A stretch of DNA of 64,000 bases from Eledone cirrhosa (taxonomy: Eukaryota). This document shows positions 28,825 through 46,914 of this stretch, one piece after another. The position numbers were made by a program, and so were the translations under genes. The notes under the pieces are model-generated. The model saw only the letters and a program-made list of their open reading frames with translations. It was not told the origin of the DNA and made no database searches. The stretch's first letter is position 1; every line of letters begins with the position of its first letter. The DNA is taken from positions 47,430,001-47,494,000 of the forward strand of contig OZ024740.1 of the NCBI GenBank assembly GCA_964016885.1. Reading direction: 5' to 3'.

Positions 28825-30075
28825 CTAGCAGAAGAACCGCCCGTCGCGCGTTTTTCTGCTAGCATGTATTGTGTGTATATTGATATACGCAAATATATAT
28901 ATGCACATAGATATGATACGTAAATTGACAATATGCACATAAACTGAACAAAGACTGCTTTACACTTACTTCAGTAAAGTAATCCATGATACATTTTTAA
29001 AAAAGCGATAACAGAGATGGAAAAGCGATGAAACCGTTGACGGAAAATGTTCATGAATCTTCACTTGAGAATGTCGGTGGGAAGCGCCAAGCAGTGAATT
29101 TGAAAATAGATGCTGCTGGTATAAATGAATGAATTACATTTACCAATATGAAGAGTTGACCTTCGCTATATTGTTGTTTTACCGTATTCACATATAGACT
29201 TCTTAAGTTTTTGTAGTGTCCCTTTTCTAGCAGTTAAAAAGAAACTGAAATGCATTTCAACTAAAAGAGAGTGATAGCTGTTTCACATCACGGTAGAATT
29301 TCTTTGTAGACACAGTTGTCAGCAAACAGACCCCTTTCATTTAATATTTTTATATATTCTTTTTTTTTTTTAACTCGTGATAATGCAGCATACATTTGAC
29401 CATGTGAAAAGTTGGTAGAAATACATCTTTTCAAATGTCTATCCTTGTGCCTTGTTGCATGTAAGGGCAAAGGCTGGTTTGACAAGAAATTGCTTGCGAG
29501 TAAAGGTAAAAGGGAACTCAAGCTCTTGAGATACATGTGGTATCCTTGGGATTAGCAACCTTGTTCCAGCATTGGGACCCAATGCCACTTCAGCTTCAAT
29601 TACATGATTCTGTAAACTGATGAAGATGTAGCGTGTACCATTGCAATGCCCGTTTAGAGGATCCAGATTTCTCAGAAGCATGATGCAATTGCATTTCTTC
29701 AGTTTAAGTATGTGTGTTTGGAATCCTGATGAGGTAATTGGATATTGCAGTTCATTATCTACTGTATCAGAGCTTCTGTAGATTATTTCATGACCAGGGA
29801 ACTTGTTGACCATGAACTCATTCACCAATCTTGCTGCATCATTTGTTGGAGTGATAATGACTCTATTTGCAAGTCATAGTGGGTTTGTGTAGTTTCCTGG
29901 AAGATTTGTATACACAAAATCACACAGGCCAGACACATTACCATATTCCAGACAAAGTTAATTTGGCAGAAGAATTGTTAATGCACCTACAGTTGGAACA
30001 GTTGGAATGTTACCATTTCCCACATCAAGAAGGTAGTTTGCAAACTGTCTTTCATCAGAAACGATCCACACGATC
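28825..30075 (-). mobile_element. Helitron 3' part (PIF1-family helicase C-terminus, hairpin, CTAG end)
   Basis: LLRNLDPLNGHCNGTR, RKQF..PAFALTCNKAQG and FSHGQMYAALSRV motifs. Subterminal GC hairpin, then CTAG|T at 28825. Frameshifted. Confidence 0.9.
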
Positions 30076-30082
30076 AAGGTAA

Positions 30083-32180
30083 GTGACCCTTTCTCACTTG
30101 CCCCGTTTCTCATCCAACATGGCTGTACTCAGAATAGGCAGTATAAATGCACGTAGCCTGGGGTCATCTTGGAAGCAGGGTCACCTTCTCAACGACCTCA
30201 GGTCACAAAACATAGATGTGGTGGCCATCAGTGAGACCAGAATCTCCGAAGCACAAGCTTTCGCACCGATCTTCGGAGGCTAAAATGTACGCATCTCCCA
30301 GCAGTCCAGGATCGGGGGGAGGGGTTGCCGTCCTTTTTCGGAGACGCTTGGATCTCGCCATACGGGCCATCTTCCTAGACCCAGAAGGTAAGTCGGTGGT
30401 GCTATACGTGACCGGCAGAGAAGGCAATGCTTTCAGGCTAGTAGCCGTCTACGCCCCAACAGGGGCAAGACGGCCAGATTTCTTCAGACGTCTAGAGAAT
30501 TTTTTTTGGAACGTCCCACTCTTTAGTGTTAGTGGACGACTGGAACGGTATCTTGGATGCACGCTGGGATTGTGTGGGGCTAGTTGATAGGGGGAGGGTG
30601 CAAGAGCATCACCAACCTGCTCAGACGTTTTGAACTGTCTGACAGGTATCGATTGGATCACCCGAATGTGCCAATGTGGACATGGACAAACCGCATCGGG
30701 TCATCCAGATCGTATCTCGATAGGGTATTCTGCAGAGAACTAGATAAGGCTAGTATAAGTTGTCCACAATTTAAAATAGTCGACTACACAGACCACAAAT
30801 TTGTGATCTGTGAGATCGACATAGACAGATTTCATAGACAAGGGAAGCTGAACGCGTCTTTCCCGGCGCGCAAAGCCTACAGAGACCTGATTAGCGTATT
30901 AGTTAAGCGGGCGTTGACGGGAGCGGTCGACAACAACAGGTGGTGGTTCGCCCTGAAAAGGGAAATTAAAGTAGAGTCGATTAGGTTTAGCAAAGGAGTA
31001 GTGATAGAGGAAAATGGAGTAGAGGGAGAGCTAGTCAGAAAGCTAGAAGAGGCGTTTAAGACAGGCATCGCAACTGACGTGCTTGCGGCGAGATTGGCAC
31101 TCGACCAATTCTTCAACGCAAAACACAAAGGCTGCGTTGTCAGAGCTAGAGCGCCTCAGAGCTAGAGCGCGTGCTCTGAAACACGAGGAGACAAAAGCCG
31201 TCCAATGGGCCCGGGTGGCAGAGGCGCGACGTGGCAACAGTATCGGTGGAACATTCACCTCGGCCTTCTATAGAGGACTAGTGGAGGGGAAGAGCGACGA
31301 CGTTCTCGGAGAGATCCTGGGCGTCGAAGAAGATCAGCTGTTTGCTCTCTTCCGGAGAACTTTCAGCCCAGGTCCTATGGATAACTTCCAAATGTCCCTA
31401 GCCTGGCAGTGCTACCGGAGAGCGCAGCCGGTTCGAGATAAGCTCTACAGGCACGAGTGCAGTCAGCCGAGTCTGTCCGAGATGCGCGCAGAGCGACGAA
31501 ACCGTCGTGCACGCCCTCGTTCAGTGCCCGAGCATTGCTGACTTATGGAGCTATGTCGAACAGTTGCTGTCGCGTGTAGGACTGATCCCGTTATCGACTG
31601 AGTCCATTGTGCTCGCCGTCTTCCTTCGAGGAGGAAGGGCAGGCGGTTTTCATCTGCCTGTGGGCCATGGCGAAAGAGATTGTGTGGTGGACAAGGTTGG
31701 AAGGGTTAAAGACAGACACTTTCCTCGTCGGCGAATCCCTAATTAACTTTTTCAAGTTTCACTTGAAGAGGAAAATCAGGGTGGAGAGGCAAGTGCTGCC
31801 TTCTAGCAAGTTTGTTGAAAGGTGGGTGAATGTAGCGAGAATGGTCCGAGTGAACGGGACCACTCTGAATATACGTCTGTAGTTTGAGAAATGGAAATAT
31901 TGAGAGGGCGCTTGCCCTGGTGGTCAGGGTGGCCGTGGTCTTTTGTGTGATTTTCGCCACGAGTAACCCTCGGAGGTTTCCTCCCTACTGGGGAATTTTT
32001 CATTGTTTCAATTTTCATTTTTATTGTTTATATATATATATGTTTGTATGTCTTTTTTTCTTTTCTTATATAAATAATAAAAATATTTACACGCACAAAA
32101 CCCACATCGTACCGTCCTGTACCGTCCTGTGTCGTCTGTAATGTTTTTCTTGATGTCAGCCCTTGTGGCCAATAAAGAAA
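30083..32180 (+). mobile_element. L1/Tx1-clade LINE ORF2 remnant: APE endonuclease joined to the C-terminal zinc knuckle, RT deleted
   Basis: SINARSL, AISETR, GGGVAVLF, AVYAP, SYLDRVF and TDHK endonuclease motifs. C-terminal CxxC..ETVVHALVQC. aataaa then (TTA)n. Confidence 0.85.
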
Positions 32181-32241
32181 TAATTATTATTATTATTGTT
32201 CTTGTCGTTGTTGTTGTTATTATTATTATTATTATTATTAT

Positions 32242-35405
<3,164 letters not shown>

Positions 35406-35447
35406 AATCTATGATAACATTCTAGATCAGAGGTGTAACGAACTTAC

Positions 35448-35480
35448 CGTTATATACTACGGGTTTATGATCAGCTTCAG
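35448..35480 (-). CDS. micro-exon E9 (33 nt): (T)EADHKPVVYN
   Basis: Same splice sites as E10. Differs from E10 only at two synonymous third positions (CCC/CCT, GTA/GTC). Confidence 0.8.
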
Positions 35481-35690
35481 CTAAATGAACAAAGAAAAAG
35501 AGTATTTAATATATACTTTGAAATGAATCATTTATTTATTTATTCAACTTAAACGCCCGCAGAGAGCTAACAACCTTTGACAGACTCGGGAGAAGTATCG
35601 AATACTCCTTAAAGTTGTAATATGTAATTAAATATGTATATGATGCAATACTGATTCCCATTTATTATTATTATTATTTCATTTATCTTG

Positions 35691-35869
35691 TGGATTGGCA
35701 GTATCGGTAGAGGGTCGGACGCCATGCTTTCCAGCATAGTTACGTCCCTTTACGATCCGAGTTCAAATCCCGCCGAGGTTGACTTTGCCTTTCATCCTTA
35801 CGGGGTCGATAAAATAAAGTACCAGTAATACACTTGATAATTGCTGGCCTTGTGCCTAAAGTAGAAACA
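35691..35869 (+). mobile_element. SINE family 1 inserted in a Dong 3' end, ~18-bp target-site duplication
   Basis: attatttcatttatcttg on both sides. Confidence 0.85.
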
Positions 35870-35995
35870 ATTATTTCATTTATCTTGCTTTATGTTCATA
35901 CGAGTTATCACCTAGTCACAACAAGTGACCTCAAGAGACAACAAGGTCCACCATGTTCAAGAAAGAACACACATTCACACAGATGCATCTTTAGT

Positions 35996-37275
35996 GATTC
36001 AATTCAATTCAATATATTTGGCAGAAAATAAAACATAGATGCTTCAGATGCCATGTAAGGAGGGGAAGGGGGCAAAATTTACACAGTCAGAAACACAGTG
36101 GTCCAACACCGGTCCAATTTAGCCTTGAATTGTTGCGTGGTTGACGCGTTGACTACTTCTTCTGGAAGCCGATTCCAGGGTCCAGAGATGCGGATCGAGA
36201 AAGCAGCTTTCCGTCTATTTAGGCGAAAGCGGCGGTGAAACAGCTTTTTGTCATGTCCACGTAGACCCCTTTCAAGTGCCGGAGTGAATAGGAGATCTTG
36301 GGGGAGATCATAATGGCCATTGAAGAGATTGTAAGCCAAAATGAGATCGCCTCTTAGCCGTCGATGCTCCAAGGAGAAGAGGTTCAACTTATGCAGCCGG
36401 CTTTCGTAAGGCAGCTTATGAAGACCCTGTACCATTCGAGTCGCTAGTCGTTGAACTTTCTCCAAGTGATGGATATCCCGGATGAGATATGGGTTTGATG
36501 CTTGGATGCCATATTCTAGGTGCAGTCTCACGAGGGCGACATAGAGAGGCCTGAAAATTGTTGAAGTGAGTTTGGCAAAAGAGCGTCGAATAAGGAAAAG
36601 AGAGCTCCTTGCCTTGTTTGTGGCTTGAATGCAATGTTTTGATGGTTTGAAGGACGAGTCGACCAGCAGACCAGGATCTTTAGTCTCCTCAACCTCTTTC
36701 AAAGAAGCAGTGCCATCGTTGAAGGCAAGAGCTGAGTTATAAGGTGTACCCACTGTCATATGGCAACACATATCGACATTGAGGTATAAATCCCAGTCAA
36801 TGGACCAACTCCAGGCGTGCTGGAGGCTGGACTTGAGATTGTCGATCTCGCTCCTACAGGCTACCATTTTCACATCATCTGCAAATAGAAGCACGTTTCC
36901 ACCAATCACGTCCGGCATGTCGTTGATGTATAGAAGGAAGAGAATTGGGCCCAACACAGAGCCCTGGGGAACGCCGCTGCCTACACCCACCCCCGATGAC
37001 AGACTGCCATTTATCCGAACTCTGCAAGTACGACCCTCAAGAAATGATCCAATCCACTTTATAATCGAGTCATGGAGACCATAGTTGCTGAGCTTATACA
37101 GGAGCAGGCGGTGCTTGACAGAGTCAAAGGCTTTTGCGAAGTCGAGAAAGATAATATCGGCCGCATCTCCCTCGTCTATTATCCTCGTCACCCATTCTTC
37201 CATCACGAGTAGGTTTGTAAGACAGCAACGTTTCGGGATGAAACCGTGTTGAGATGGAGAGATGGCAGTGAAAGA
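35996..37275 (-). mobile_element. CR1-clade LINE, 5'-truncated (RT ORF 36079-37206), nested in a Dong 3' fragment
   Basis: FLDFAKAFDSV, GVPQGSVLGPILFLLYIND, LFADD and RRLRGDLI motifs. (ATTGA)n 3' tail. Dong A sequence on both sides (35876-35996, 37287-37397). Confidence 0.92.
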
Positions 37276-37549
37276 TGTACTTATGTTGTGATGTACTTAT
37301 ATTGACAGAATCTTCCTTAGTATATGGGCAGTTCCCATTGGTACTATCGTTTGTATTTCTTCTATACGCGGGTTTTCTGGGAATTGGGATAAGTAATCGT
37401 TATTATTATTATTATTGTTTTTATTTTCTTTCATTATTGTTTCTGAGATATATGCCGAGTGTCTTCCTGACACCTAGGGCAAATAAATTCAAAGTCTGCA
37501 TTGGTAAGCCAGTTAATACAGCACATTGATTATAATTTAAAAAAAAAAA

Positions 37550-38146
37550 CAGTATATATATATACACATGTGCATATGCATATGTAAATACAAGGAGGGA
37601 TATCAATCTTACAGAGATAGTACTCTTCTCAATACGTGTGCAGTACCAGTTAAAACAATGTTTTGCACCTCGTGCAGAAAGGGTAAACCAGGAATTATTC
37701 GCAAATAGTGTTCTGTTCCTTTCTTGATCATTCCTAGTCCTCCCACAATCACTGGTATTGTAACGGCCTTGAGGTGCCACATTTTCTCAATTTCAATAAG
37801 CAGATCTTTATATTTTCGTAGCTTGTCAAATTCTTTTGCCGCGATATTGTGATCACATGGGAAGCTCATATCTATCAACAAACAGACCTTGTTATGTTGA
37901 TCTTTTATAATGATGTCAGGTCTATTTGCTTTTATGGTCCTGTCAGTATGTACAGGAAAGTCCCAGAGAATTCTTACTTTTTCTCCTTCAGTCACGGCCT
38001 CAGGGTGATGATTGTACCACTTGTCTCCAGCTTTGATTTTGTAATGCCGACATATTACCCAGTGGTAGATATTGGCCAACTCTGTCATGTCTATATTTGT
38101 ATTCTACTGGTGCTAAAACTTTACATCCAGAGACTAAGTGATCCAC
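37550..38146 (-). mobile_element. Dong/R4 LINE family B 3' fragment
   Basis: REL domain WDFPVHTDRTIKANRPDII...KYKDLLIEIEKMW. Diverged from family A. Adjoins (TAA)n. Confidence 0.88.
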
Positions 38147-38256
<110 letters not shown>

Positions 38257-41033
38257 GTTATTCCTCGAGTCTCAGTCATTGATGTTAGTTAACTGGAAAG
38301 TCCGTTGGAATGAATATCAAGCCACTACCTGCAGCCTCAGATATTCAGGACGTATCGGAGGGTTCTTGCTGTTCCCAGCAAGCATGCCTTTTGAAGCGTT
38401 CCAAAAAGCGTGAAGGGGCCGATTTTCTTTAACCATCCCTGGAAACTTTTGGAGATAGTCCCCAGTGCGCCTATGACAATCGGGATCACTTTGACTTCAT
38501 GGCAGTTCCAAATCCTTTTTACCTCCCACTTTAAGTCCTGGTATCGGTTAATTTTCTCCCTCTCCTTCTCTTGCACTCTCGTGTCGAATAGGCAGGCCAC
38601 ATCCACAATCAGACACGATCTTTTTTCTTTGTCCACAACCACCAGGTCAGGTCTATTGTGTTCCAGTTTCTTGTCCGTCTGTATCCTAAAATCCCACAGC
38701 ACCTTCACCTGATCGTTCTCTATCACCGCCTCTGGCTTATGCTCATACCACTTCTCAGAATGTGGTAAATTGTTTACTTTGCATAGGTGCCAGTGGATCA
38801 CCCTGCCCATCACATCATGTCTCCAGCCTTTATAGGGAGTCTGGGCTAGGTGTTTACACTCGGATACAATGTGAGCCACAGTCTCCTCTCTCTCTCCACA
38901 GATCCTGCACAGTGGGCTAGCCTCCTCCTTGTAAATATAGTGTTTCAACCACTTCGTTTTGAGGGCCTGCTCCTGCGCAGCCATTAACATTCCTTCTGTA
39001 GCCTTTTTAAGGTCTTCTCTTTTCAACCAGTTCCATGTCTGTGGATCTCTAAATTCAGTTTTCTCAAAGAAGGTACTATGAAGGGATTTTTCCTGAAGGC
39101 TGCTCTTTCTCCTTGATGTTATTTCCTCCTTGGACATCCCCTGGCCTATTCTCCCCTGCTTCAGCACAGTTCTGAGCATTGGCTCCTTACTATCAGTCAC
39201 GTATTTGTGTAGGTTGTTTTTCTCCATCTGAACACACTCCTCTATGCTGATAAGACCTCTTCCGCCCTCAGATCTCCTTAAGTAGAGTCTATCGACATCA
39301 CTCCTCTTGTGTAACATATTGTAGATAGTCAATAGCTTCCTAGTCTTCCTATCCATTTCTTTTTGTTCAGCAACATTCCATCTCAGAATTCCCGCACTGT
39401 ACCTAATAATAGACACAGCTCGGGAATTTACTGCACTTATGGCATTCCTACTGTTCAGATGTGACTTTAATACGCTCCTTACTCTCCGAAGGTATTCAGT
39501 TCTTATCAATTCCTTCATTTTTTTGTTCTTGATGTCATCAGCCTCCAGAACGCCCAAATACTTGTATCCTTCCTCAGAGTCAATTTCTTTTATCATCTCA
39601 CCTGTTGGTATCTGGATTCCGTTACTTCTGCTCAACTTACCCCTCCTCATCACAATGACTCCACACTTACTAATACCAAATTGCATACATATATCATTGC
39701 TGAAAATACGGACAGTGTCAACAAGCACATCCAACTCCTTCTCACTCTTCCCGAAGAGCTTAAGATCATCCATGAAGAGGAGGTGATTGATGGTAAGCCC
39801 TCCCTTTCCCAACCTGTATCCTGCTCTCACTTTTCGCAGTACACTGGTCAGGGGTATCAGGGCAAGGACAAACAACAGAGGGGACAGGCTATCTCCCTGG
39901 AAGATACCTCTCTTGATCTTCACGCTTCCCAAGGATTCTCCAGTTGATGTTAACTCTGTTTCCCAGGACTTCATACTTTTGCCCAACAACTGTCTGATGT
40001 TATCTGCCACCTTGAAGATCTCCAGGCTTTTGGTGATCCAAGAATGAGGCACCATGTCAAATGCCTTTTTGTAGTCTATCCATCCCATGGCAAGACCAGT
40101 GTGTCTCCTTTTGCAATTCCTCATTACCATCTTATCAATAAGTAATTGGTCCTTTGTATCACGTGACTTCTTTCGGCATCCTTTCTGTTCGTCCGGTAAC
40201 AAGTTGTTTGTGTGGAGGTGATGGTAGATTTCCTCAGACATAATGCTTGTCAACAGTTTCCACATTACGGACAGACATGTGATAGGTCTATAGTTGGTAA
40301 CATCATTACCCTTGATTCGGTCTTTCATTATCAGAACTGTGGTACCTTTTGTCAACCACTCTGGTACCTCACCTGACATCAAGCAGTCATTGAACATGGT
40401 TGTCAGTTTCGGGTGGATGGATGTTATGTTTTTAATCCAATACCCCTGCACACCATCTGGGCCTGGTGATTTCCAGTTGGTTAGTTTTTTGGCCTGCCCC
40501 TTAAGAGTTTCAACTGTGATACTCAAATCAGTTTGTTGGTGTGCCTGTTCACTGATCTCCTTCTGTACTGTCTCAATCCACACTGCCTGGTCATTATGTT
40601 TAACATCCTGCTCCCATATTCCTCTCCAGAATTTTTTAGTTTGTTCCGCCTCAGGGATCAAGTCGTTGCCTCTTTCTTTCCCTTCAAGATGTCCAGCAGC
40701 ATCTTCTGGTTGTTGTCGAACATGCGGTTCTGTCTATACTGGCTGACTCTGTTCTCGTATCGCCTGATTTTTGCACTCTTTGCTACAATGCGTTGCTTCA
40801 GTTCCTCTATGATAATATTTAGCTTTTTCCTCCTAGTTTTGTACTTTATTTCCAGTCTATTTTAAGTGTCTATGTTTTTTAGTGTCCCATTCAGTAGGGA
40901 CTCAAGCTTTCCAGTGTCATTTCTCATTTCCCTGATTTGACCACTCAGTCGTTTCTTCCACCAAGGCTCTGCTCTTTCAAAACATACGGGAGTGATTTCT
41001 CGACCTTCTATCCACCATGTGTGTCTTCTTCCC
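38257..41033 (-). mobile_element. Dong/R4 LINE family C (774-aa ORF 38337-40661, frameshift and stop upstream)
   Basis: KSPGPDG, GIFQGDSLSPLLF, LLFMDDLKL, CRIC..HIVSEC and RHD..RPDL motifs. Adjoins (TAA)n. Confidence 0.93.
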
Positions 41034-41069
<36 letters not shown>

Positions 41070-41072
<3 letters not shown>

Positions 41073-41379
41073 AGTTGCATTCATCTTGCTTTATGTTCAT
41101 ACGAGTTATCACCAAGTCACAACCAGTAACCTCAAGAGACAACAAGGTCCGCCATGTTCAAGAAAGAACATACATACTCACACATGCATCTTTAGTGTTT
41201 AGACTTGTGATGTACTTATATTGACAGAATCTTCCTTAGTATATGGGCAGTTCCCATTAGTACTATCTTTTGTATTTCTCCTATACGCGGGTTTCCTGGG
41301 ATTTGCGATAAGTAATCATTAGACCCCTTAGGTATCATTCCCAGAGCGCCTACAACCACTGGTATTGTTTTAGTTCTCA
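41070..41379 (-). mobile_element. Dong/R4 family A 3' fragment
   Basis: RTKTIPVVVGALG...KILSI* plus family A 3' UTR and TAA tail. Confidence 0.9.
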
Positions 41380-41770
41380 TCTAATTTAAATAGACCAATC
41401 TCTTTCCAGATGTTATGCATCCGTTTCCTATAGCCTTTTTCCATGGGGTTACTCTTCATGTAGCATTTCATGACAGTTCTAGTCAATTCTTTCGTCCAGT
41501 TGATTCTTGTCCCTTTCCTTCTACTTCTTCCTCCAACACCAGCAGTATTTGGATGACAGCCAGGTCCCTGCTACTGGGTCAGGGAACACTTGCTGGGCGA
41601 GAGTCTTTCACATGACGTTCCAGTCTCCTTTTCACCGTTATTCGAACTGTTCAGGTTCGACATTTAAACACTCATATCGAGGATTAGTGATTGTATGGTT
41701 ACATAATCACCGGTGATTTCATGACTCCCGGTGATTTTAGCGTGGCACCATCACGCTGTAGACGAACATA
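41380..41770 (-). mobile_element. Dong/R4 5' region (ORF N-terminus), probably of family C
   Basis: Minus strand reads GTRINWTKELTRTVMKCYMKSNPMEKGYRKRMHNIWKE, resembling R4/Dong N-termini. Confidence 0.65.
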
Positions 41771-41864
41771 AATAAATAAACAAATAAATAGATAAAGACT
41801 TTAAAAAATAAACATAAGTTTCATTGTAATGTTTGAATTATTATTATTATTATTGAATTATTGA

Positions 41865-41908
<44 letters not shown>

Positions 41909-41909
41909 G

Positions 41910-42097
41910 GGCGGTGAATTGGCAGTATCGGTAGAGGGTCGGATGCCATGCTTTGACGCATAGAGTTACGGCCCTTGCAATTCCGAGTTCAAATCCCGCC
42001 GAGGTTAACTTTGCCTTTCATCCTTACGGGGTCGATAAAATAAAGTACCAGTAATGTACTGGGTAATTGGTGGCCTTGTGCCAAAAAGTAGAAACAA
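41910..42097 (+). mobile_element. SINE family 1, full length, in (TTA)n
   Basis: A/B boxes and central domain. Confidence 0.88.
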
Positions 42098-42100
42098 TTA

Positions 42101-42132
<32 letters not shown>

Positions 42133-42137
42133 GTTAC

Positions 42138-42275
<138 letters not shown>

Positions 42276-42368
42276 GTGTGTGTAGAAGTAAAATAGCCTC
42301 GTGAAACAAAAAGGTTTTTTAATGCAAATCTATGATAACATTCTAGATCAGAGGTGTAACGAACTTAC

Positions 42369-42401
42369 TGTAAAAGACTTCATGTTTATGATCAGATTCA
42401 G
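42369..42401 (-). CDS. micro-exon E8 (33 nt): (P)ESDHKHEVFY
   Basis: tttttctttgttcgtttag acceptor, gtaagt donor, phase 1-1, paralog of E9/E10. Confidence 0.78.
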
Positions 42402-43146
42402 CTAAACGAACAAAGAAAAAGAGTATTTAATATATACTTTGAAATCAATCATTTATTTATTATTACTCAATTTAAACGTCCGCATAGAGCTAACAACCTA
42501 TGACAGACTCGGGAGAAGTATCGAATACTCCTTACAGTTGGTAATCAAAAAGAGCTAATGTGACAAGTAATAAAAAAGAAAAGAAAAAAAGGAAAAGATA
42601 AAAAAGAAAAAAAAAGAAAAACTAAAATGAAATTTTAAAAAAGAAAAGGAGGAAAATGAAATAACAGAAATAACATTCCAAATATTGAAGGCCAGTGGGA
42701 AGCAGATTATAATTGTTTGATTGAATATGAGTGGAAAGACATACTTCTGACCACAAAAAAATATCCGCATTTTTGCAGTGGGGTAAATAAAATAAAATAA
42801 AAACGTTTTATTAATTTTCATGTCGCCATCAACGAAAAGGGTGCTGTATGTATTTAACAAAGAATATATATTGTTTTGAGATTTTCAATATCTAATTCAA
42901 TTTCATAAGTTTAATCCAGTATAGACTATGGGTATTTCTTTTCTATGTTGTAAATCAAGAGTAGTTTACAATAGGACTATTAATTAACTGACGTGGTAAT
43001 TACGAAAGACAGTTAATTATATTACTTGTATACATGTAAACCGTTATAATAAACAATGAAATGTCATTTAATATAACATCTAGAAGACAGTGTCTTCTTT
43101 AAATATTTCTTATTGAAATTGCTGGAATATGTAGCACACGTAATTG

Positions 43147-43229
<83 letters not shown>

Positions 43230-43233
<4 letters not shown>

Positions 43234-46200
43234 AATGAGTCAATTGATTTGTTGATTATTCAACAAAGTTAATTTACAACAGATTAGAACCACTCAACGG
43301 GTTTTTCCGGATTATCATTAATATCAATAATATTAATAAATGGAAAATATCTTTATAAAACCATATTTATTTTATTATACGTATTTCAAGGGTTCTAATA
43401 TTTTAGTACGCTTTCGTCAGATAAAATACAATAATTGGTGTAAAGATAGTGACATATCTTCATGTGAACTTCATGTTATAAATTCATTGGAACGGTACAA
43501 ATGAAGTAATAGATTGGTTTGTAGACATTAAATCTAAACATAATACATAATTTATACAAATGGATATAGCTAATTACTATTCTTCAATAACTCCTAATTT
43601 ACTTAATAAACCACTAATATACGCATCGAAGCATACTGACTTGAGCTGATAGACGGGACAACTTCGATATTACCATGGGCTCCTGTGACTCAGCTCAGGT
43701 TACAGATTTGGTTGGAATATTCATTCTTAATGCCTTACATAGGAAATTGCCGGAAATTGCCGGAGGTTTATATTGTGATGATGCGTTATTTATAGTTGAT
43801 AAACATACCAATAGTGAACTTAGCAGAAAAAAAGAAAATTATTATAGACTTTTTTAATAATTATGGCCTTAAATTAAAAATAGAAAATGATAATAATAAT
43901 TGTTAATTTTTAGATGTTACACTAAACCTTAACTCAGGCCTATATTACCCGTTCCATAAGATTAATGAAAACCTAAACTACGTTAGCTTCTACTCTAACC
44001 ACCCTAGAAATGTTAAAAAGGTTATAGTTAATAGTGTCCAGCAAAGAATATCTAGACTCTCAGCTAATAAAAATATATTTGACGAATAAAAAAATTACAA
44101 TGACGCTCTACACAGAGCTGGATACAATAATAAAATTAACTACGTAGATAAGAATATTATACACCAACCTCCTAAAGTTTATTATAATATTAATAATAAA
44201 CAAATTAACCAAAATAATAAATCAAATAAGACACTGTCTTCTAGATGTTATATTTAAAGACATTTCATTGTTTATTATAACGGTTTACATGTATACAAGT
44301 AATATAATTAACTGTCTTTCGTAATTACCACGTCAGAACTAGAAATATAATTTGGTATTCTCCTCCAATTTCATTAGGAATTAAGACACCTTTAACACAC
44401 CAATTCTTTAAGGCTTTAGATAAATGTTTTCCTAAGTCTCATAAGTATCACTCTATATTTAACAGACATACATTCAAGCTCTCTTACTCTACTATTATGA
44501 ATATATCCCAGAATGTTGCTAGAATTAATAATAGGAATTTAAAATTAAACTCAACCCAAATAAACTCAAATAGCAATAACAATATAATTAATAACTTTAC
44601 GTATAATAATAATAGTGAATGCATAAATAATAATACCGTATCTCTAAATAACAATATTAGAAAATGTAATTGCAGAAATAACATATCATGCCCTTTACGG
44701 AATAATTGCCTTGAAAGAAGTTTAGTATACAAATGCACCATAAAAACTAGAGATAGATTATATAATTATATAGGAGTTACTTCTTTAAAATTTAAGGACC
44801 GTTGGATAATCATAAACATACTTTCAAACGATCGGACAAAAAATTCTCAACCTCAATTTCACAATTAATTTGGTCTTTAAAAGACAGTAACACTGACTAT
44901 TCAATCTCTAGGCGAAAGATATCGAATGCAGCAGTTTACCAAAATATGGCTCTCTCAATGATTTGTCATCTCTGTATTGAAGAAATATTTCATATAATTA
45001 CCAATCCTGGTAATATTATTAACAAAAAAAAGGAAATATATAATTCTTGATTGCATCGATTCTCCAGAACATTTCACAATATTTACAATTTATAGAAAAT
45101 ACAACACATTGTCTGTGTAAGTTGCCTATGTACAATATATATATTTTGGTTTTCTTTATAAATATTTATACATAGAAATACATATTATTATCAAAATTTA
45201 CTATATGGTGCTCTGAAAACTTATAGAAATTTTTACTTATATTTATAATATATATTATAATTAATTATTAGGTTAAACATTACATAAAACAATATATCTT
45301 TAAATAATATACCTTCCTTAAATTACTAAACACTAGAGTTATCTTCCCCTTAATAAAAGTTTGTTTATAATTCACACATACGAGACATTCAAATTTAATA
45401 TAAATGTTTAAATTTATATAACTAACTTTATACAATAATAGATTATACATAATATTATACATCTTCACTTTAAAAAATTAGATTATTTTTACATTCTTAA
45501 GGTATATATAAAAAAGCATATATGTTATCGCTTGATATATCTTACGCTCTTTCTATATATATACTTAAATAAGATCTATATTCACGCCTAATCATTTATG
45601 TACTAAATAAATGTTTTTAATAACCATATACAATAATGTCTTATACTACAATACATTATATTTATAACTGCAGTCATCATATTAAAATATATGCGTAAAA
45701 TATAACCAATCGTATATCTTTCACATATTATATTGTTGTAATTGCTTTAATAATTTAATAGTTCTCAATTTAATACATTACTTTTTAATTCTCACCTAAA
45801 TATTATAAATACTTCCATATTCTTAAAATATATTATAAAATTAAATAAATAAATAACCATAATTATATCATTCTTTCTATACCCATGTAAATATGTTTGG
45901 GTGTATATCTGCATATTTCTATAAATAATCCTAAATTAGCTTTACAATATTTTTTTAAAATTTAATAGCAAACCCTTTTCAAAAATATTTAAATGAATAT
46001 TTAAAATCTATCTAGCGATTAAACTTAACGGTCCTTTTCAGTTTTAACGTTATCCTCATTGGCATATTTCCACTGAGTTTTGAAAAATTAAATTCACTAT
46101 CTTCAATGAAATTATAACATGAAGTTCATATGAAGATATGTCACAATCTTTACACCAATTATTGTATTTTATCTGACGAAAGCGTACTAAAATATTAGTA

Positions 46201-46270
46201 CCCTTGAAATACGCATAATAAATTAAATATGGTTTTATAAAGATATTTTCCATTTATTAATATTATTGAT
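43230..46270 (+). mobile_element. Penelope-like element, copy 3 (extra ~70-bp deletion in RT)
   Basis: Same motifs as copy 1. gcatactgactt|gagctgat deletion at ~43642. Confidence 0.9.
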
Positions 46271-46313
46271 ATATATATATAGATTTATTTATTTATTTAT
46301 ACATACATATATA

Positions 46314-46501
<188 letters not shown>

Positions 46502-46914
46502 TGTGTGTGTGTGTTTGCGATCCTGTGTCCGCCTAACGAAGCCAGTGTCTGGTACTGATTTCTCCAGGTTGCCGCTGGAGAAAGTATCGCAGCAAGTCGC
46601 ATCTCAATTTAGGAACTTGCCGCTTTGGAGCAGAAAAGGTTTTGAGGCCGTTTGGTATTTGCCGTTTCTTCGGTCTAATCTTATTATTATAGTTGTAGTG
46701 GCACCCCTGCTTGGTACAAACCACATGTGACAATATCGTTTAGATTGACCTGCTGAGGGGAACAGCCAGCGTTAAGACGGTATGTCAACGGGTGGAATCT
46801 GGAAATGTCAACCGTTGATCCGTAACGGCTTTTGTGTTGCTCATAGACCTGACTACAAATCCTATTTATATATATATAGATATAACTATAGATTTTAAAT
46901 AATGAAATACTTAC

